From contig NC_135892.1 of the NCBI RefSeq assembly GCF_964194155.1, positions 25,296,001 through 25,360,000 on the forward strand: 64,000 nt of DNA, given 5' to 3'. The notes beneath the pieces are model-generated. The model was not told the DNA's origin, did not search any database, and saw only the letters and a list, made by a program, of their open reading frames with translations. Position 1 is the stretch's first letter, and every line of letters begins with the position of its first letter. Of the stretch, positions 63,820 to 64,000 are shown piece by piece. A program made the position numbers and the translations under genes. This DNA comes from Cetorhinus maximus (lineage: Eukaryota).

Positions 63820-64000
63820 AGTTTATGGTCAAAGAATGGTTACAGCACACAAGGCCATTTGGTCCATCTTGTCCATGCTGACTCTGCAAGAAGACCTCAG
63901 CTAGTCCCATGCCCCCACCCTTTCCCCCTTGTCATGAAATTATTTTAGATAATTATCCAATTCCCTTTTGAAAGCCACGATTGAATCTGCTTCCACCACA
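63820..64000 (-). mobile_element. CR1 3' tail
   Basis: Reverse complement of a CR1 3' end (TCCAATTCCCTTTTGAAAG...TTGAATCTGCTTCCACCAC). Confidence 0.75.

Overview
Eukaryotic genomic DNA, almost certainly a shark/elasmobranch, judged from its repeat content (SacSINE1-type Deu-domain SINEs, CR1, L2, RTE, Tx1, Penelope, Harbinger). There is one host gene, invisible as a single ORF: a 4-exon, + strand ADF/cofilin-family gene (ATG 32457-32459 | 38051-38340 | 47947-48023 | 50196-50302; 158 aa). It has exactly the vertebrate cofilin intron positions but a strongly divergent protein, a perfect CArG box upstream and a long repeat-free 3' UTR. The rest is mostly nested, decayed transposons: a Gypsy relic, two near-full-length CR1s, two young inverted Tx1 copies flanking the gene, PIF/Harbinger elements (transposase relics, a Myb-only derivative, MITEs with 3-bp TSDs) and Penelope ends with minimal hammerhead motifs. 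The most unusual non-coding items are a near-perfect ~165-bp inverted duplication in intron 3, whose arm has a small-RNA-gene-like layout, and a ~470-bp foldback element at 23.4-23.9 kb. Most entries in the ORF track are antisense or frameshifted TE fragments. All calls were made by eye, so repeat boundaries are approximate.
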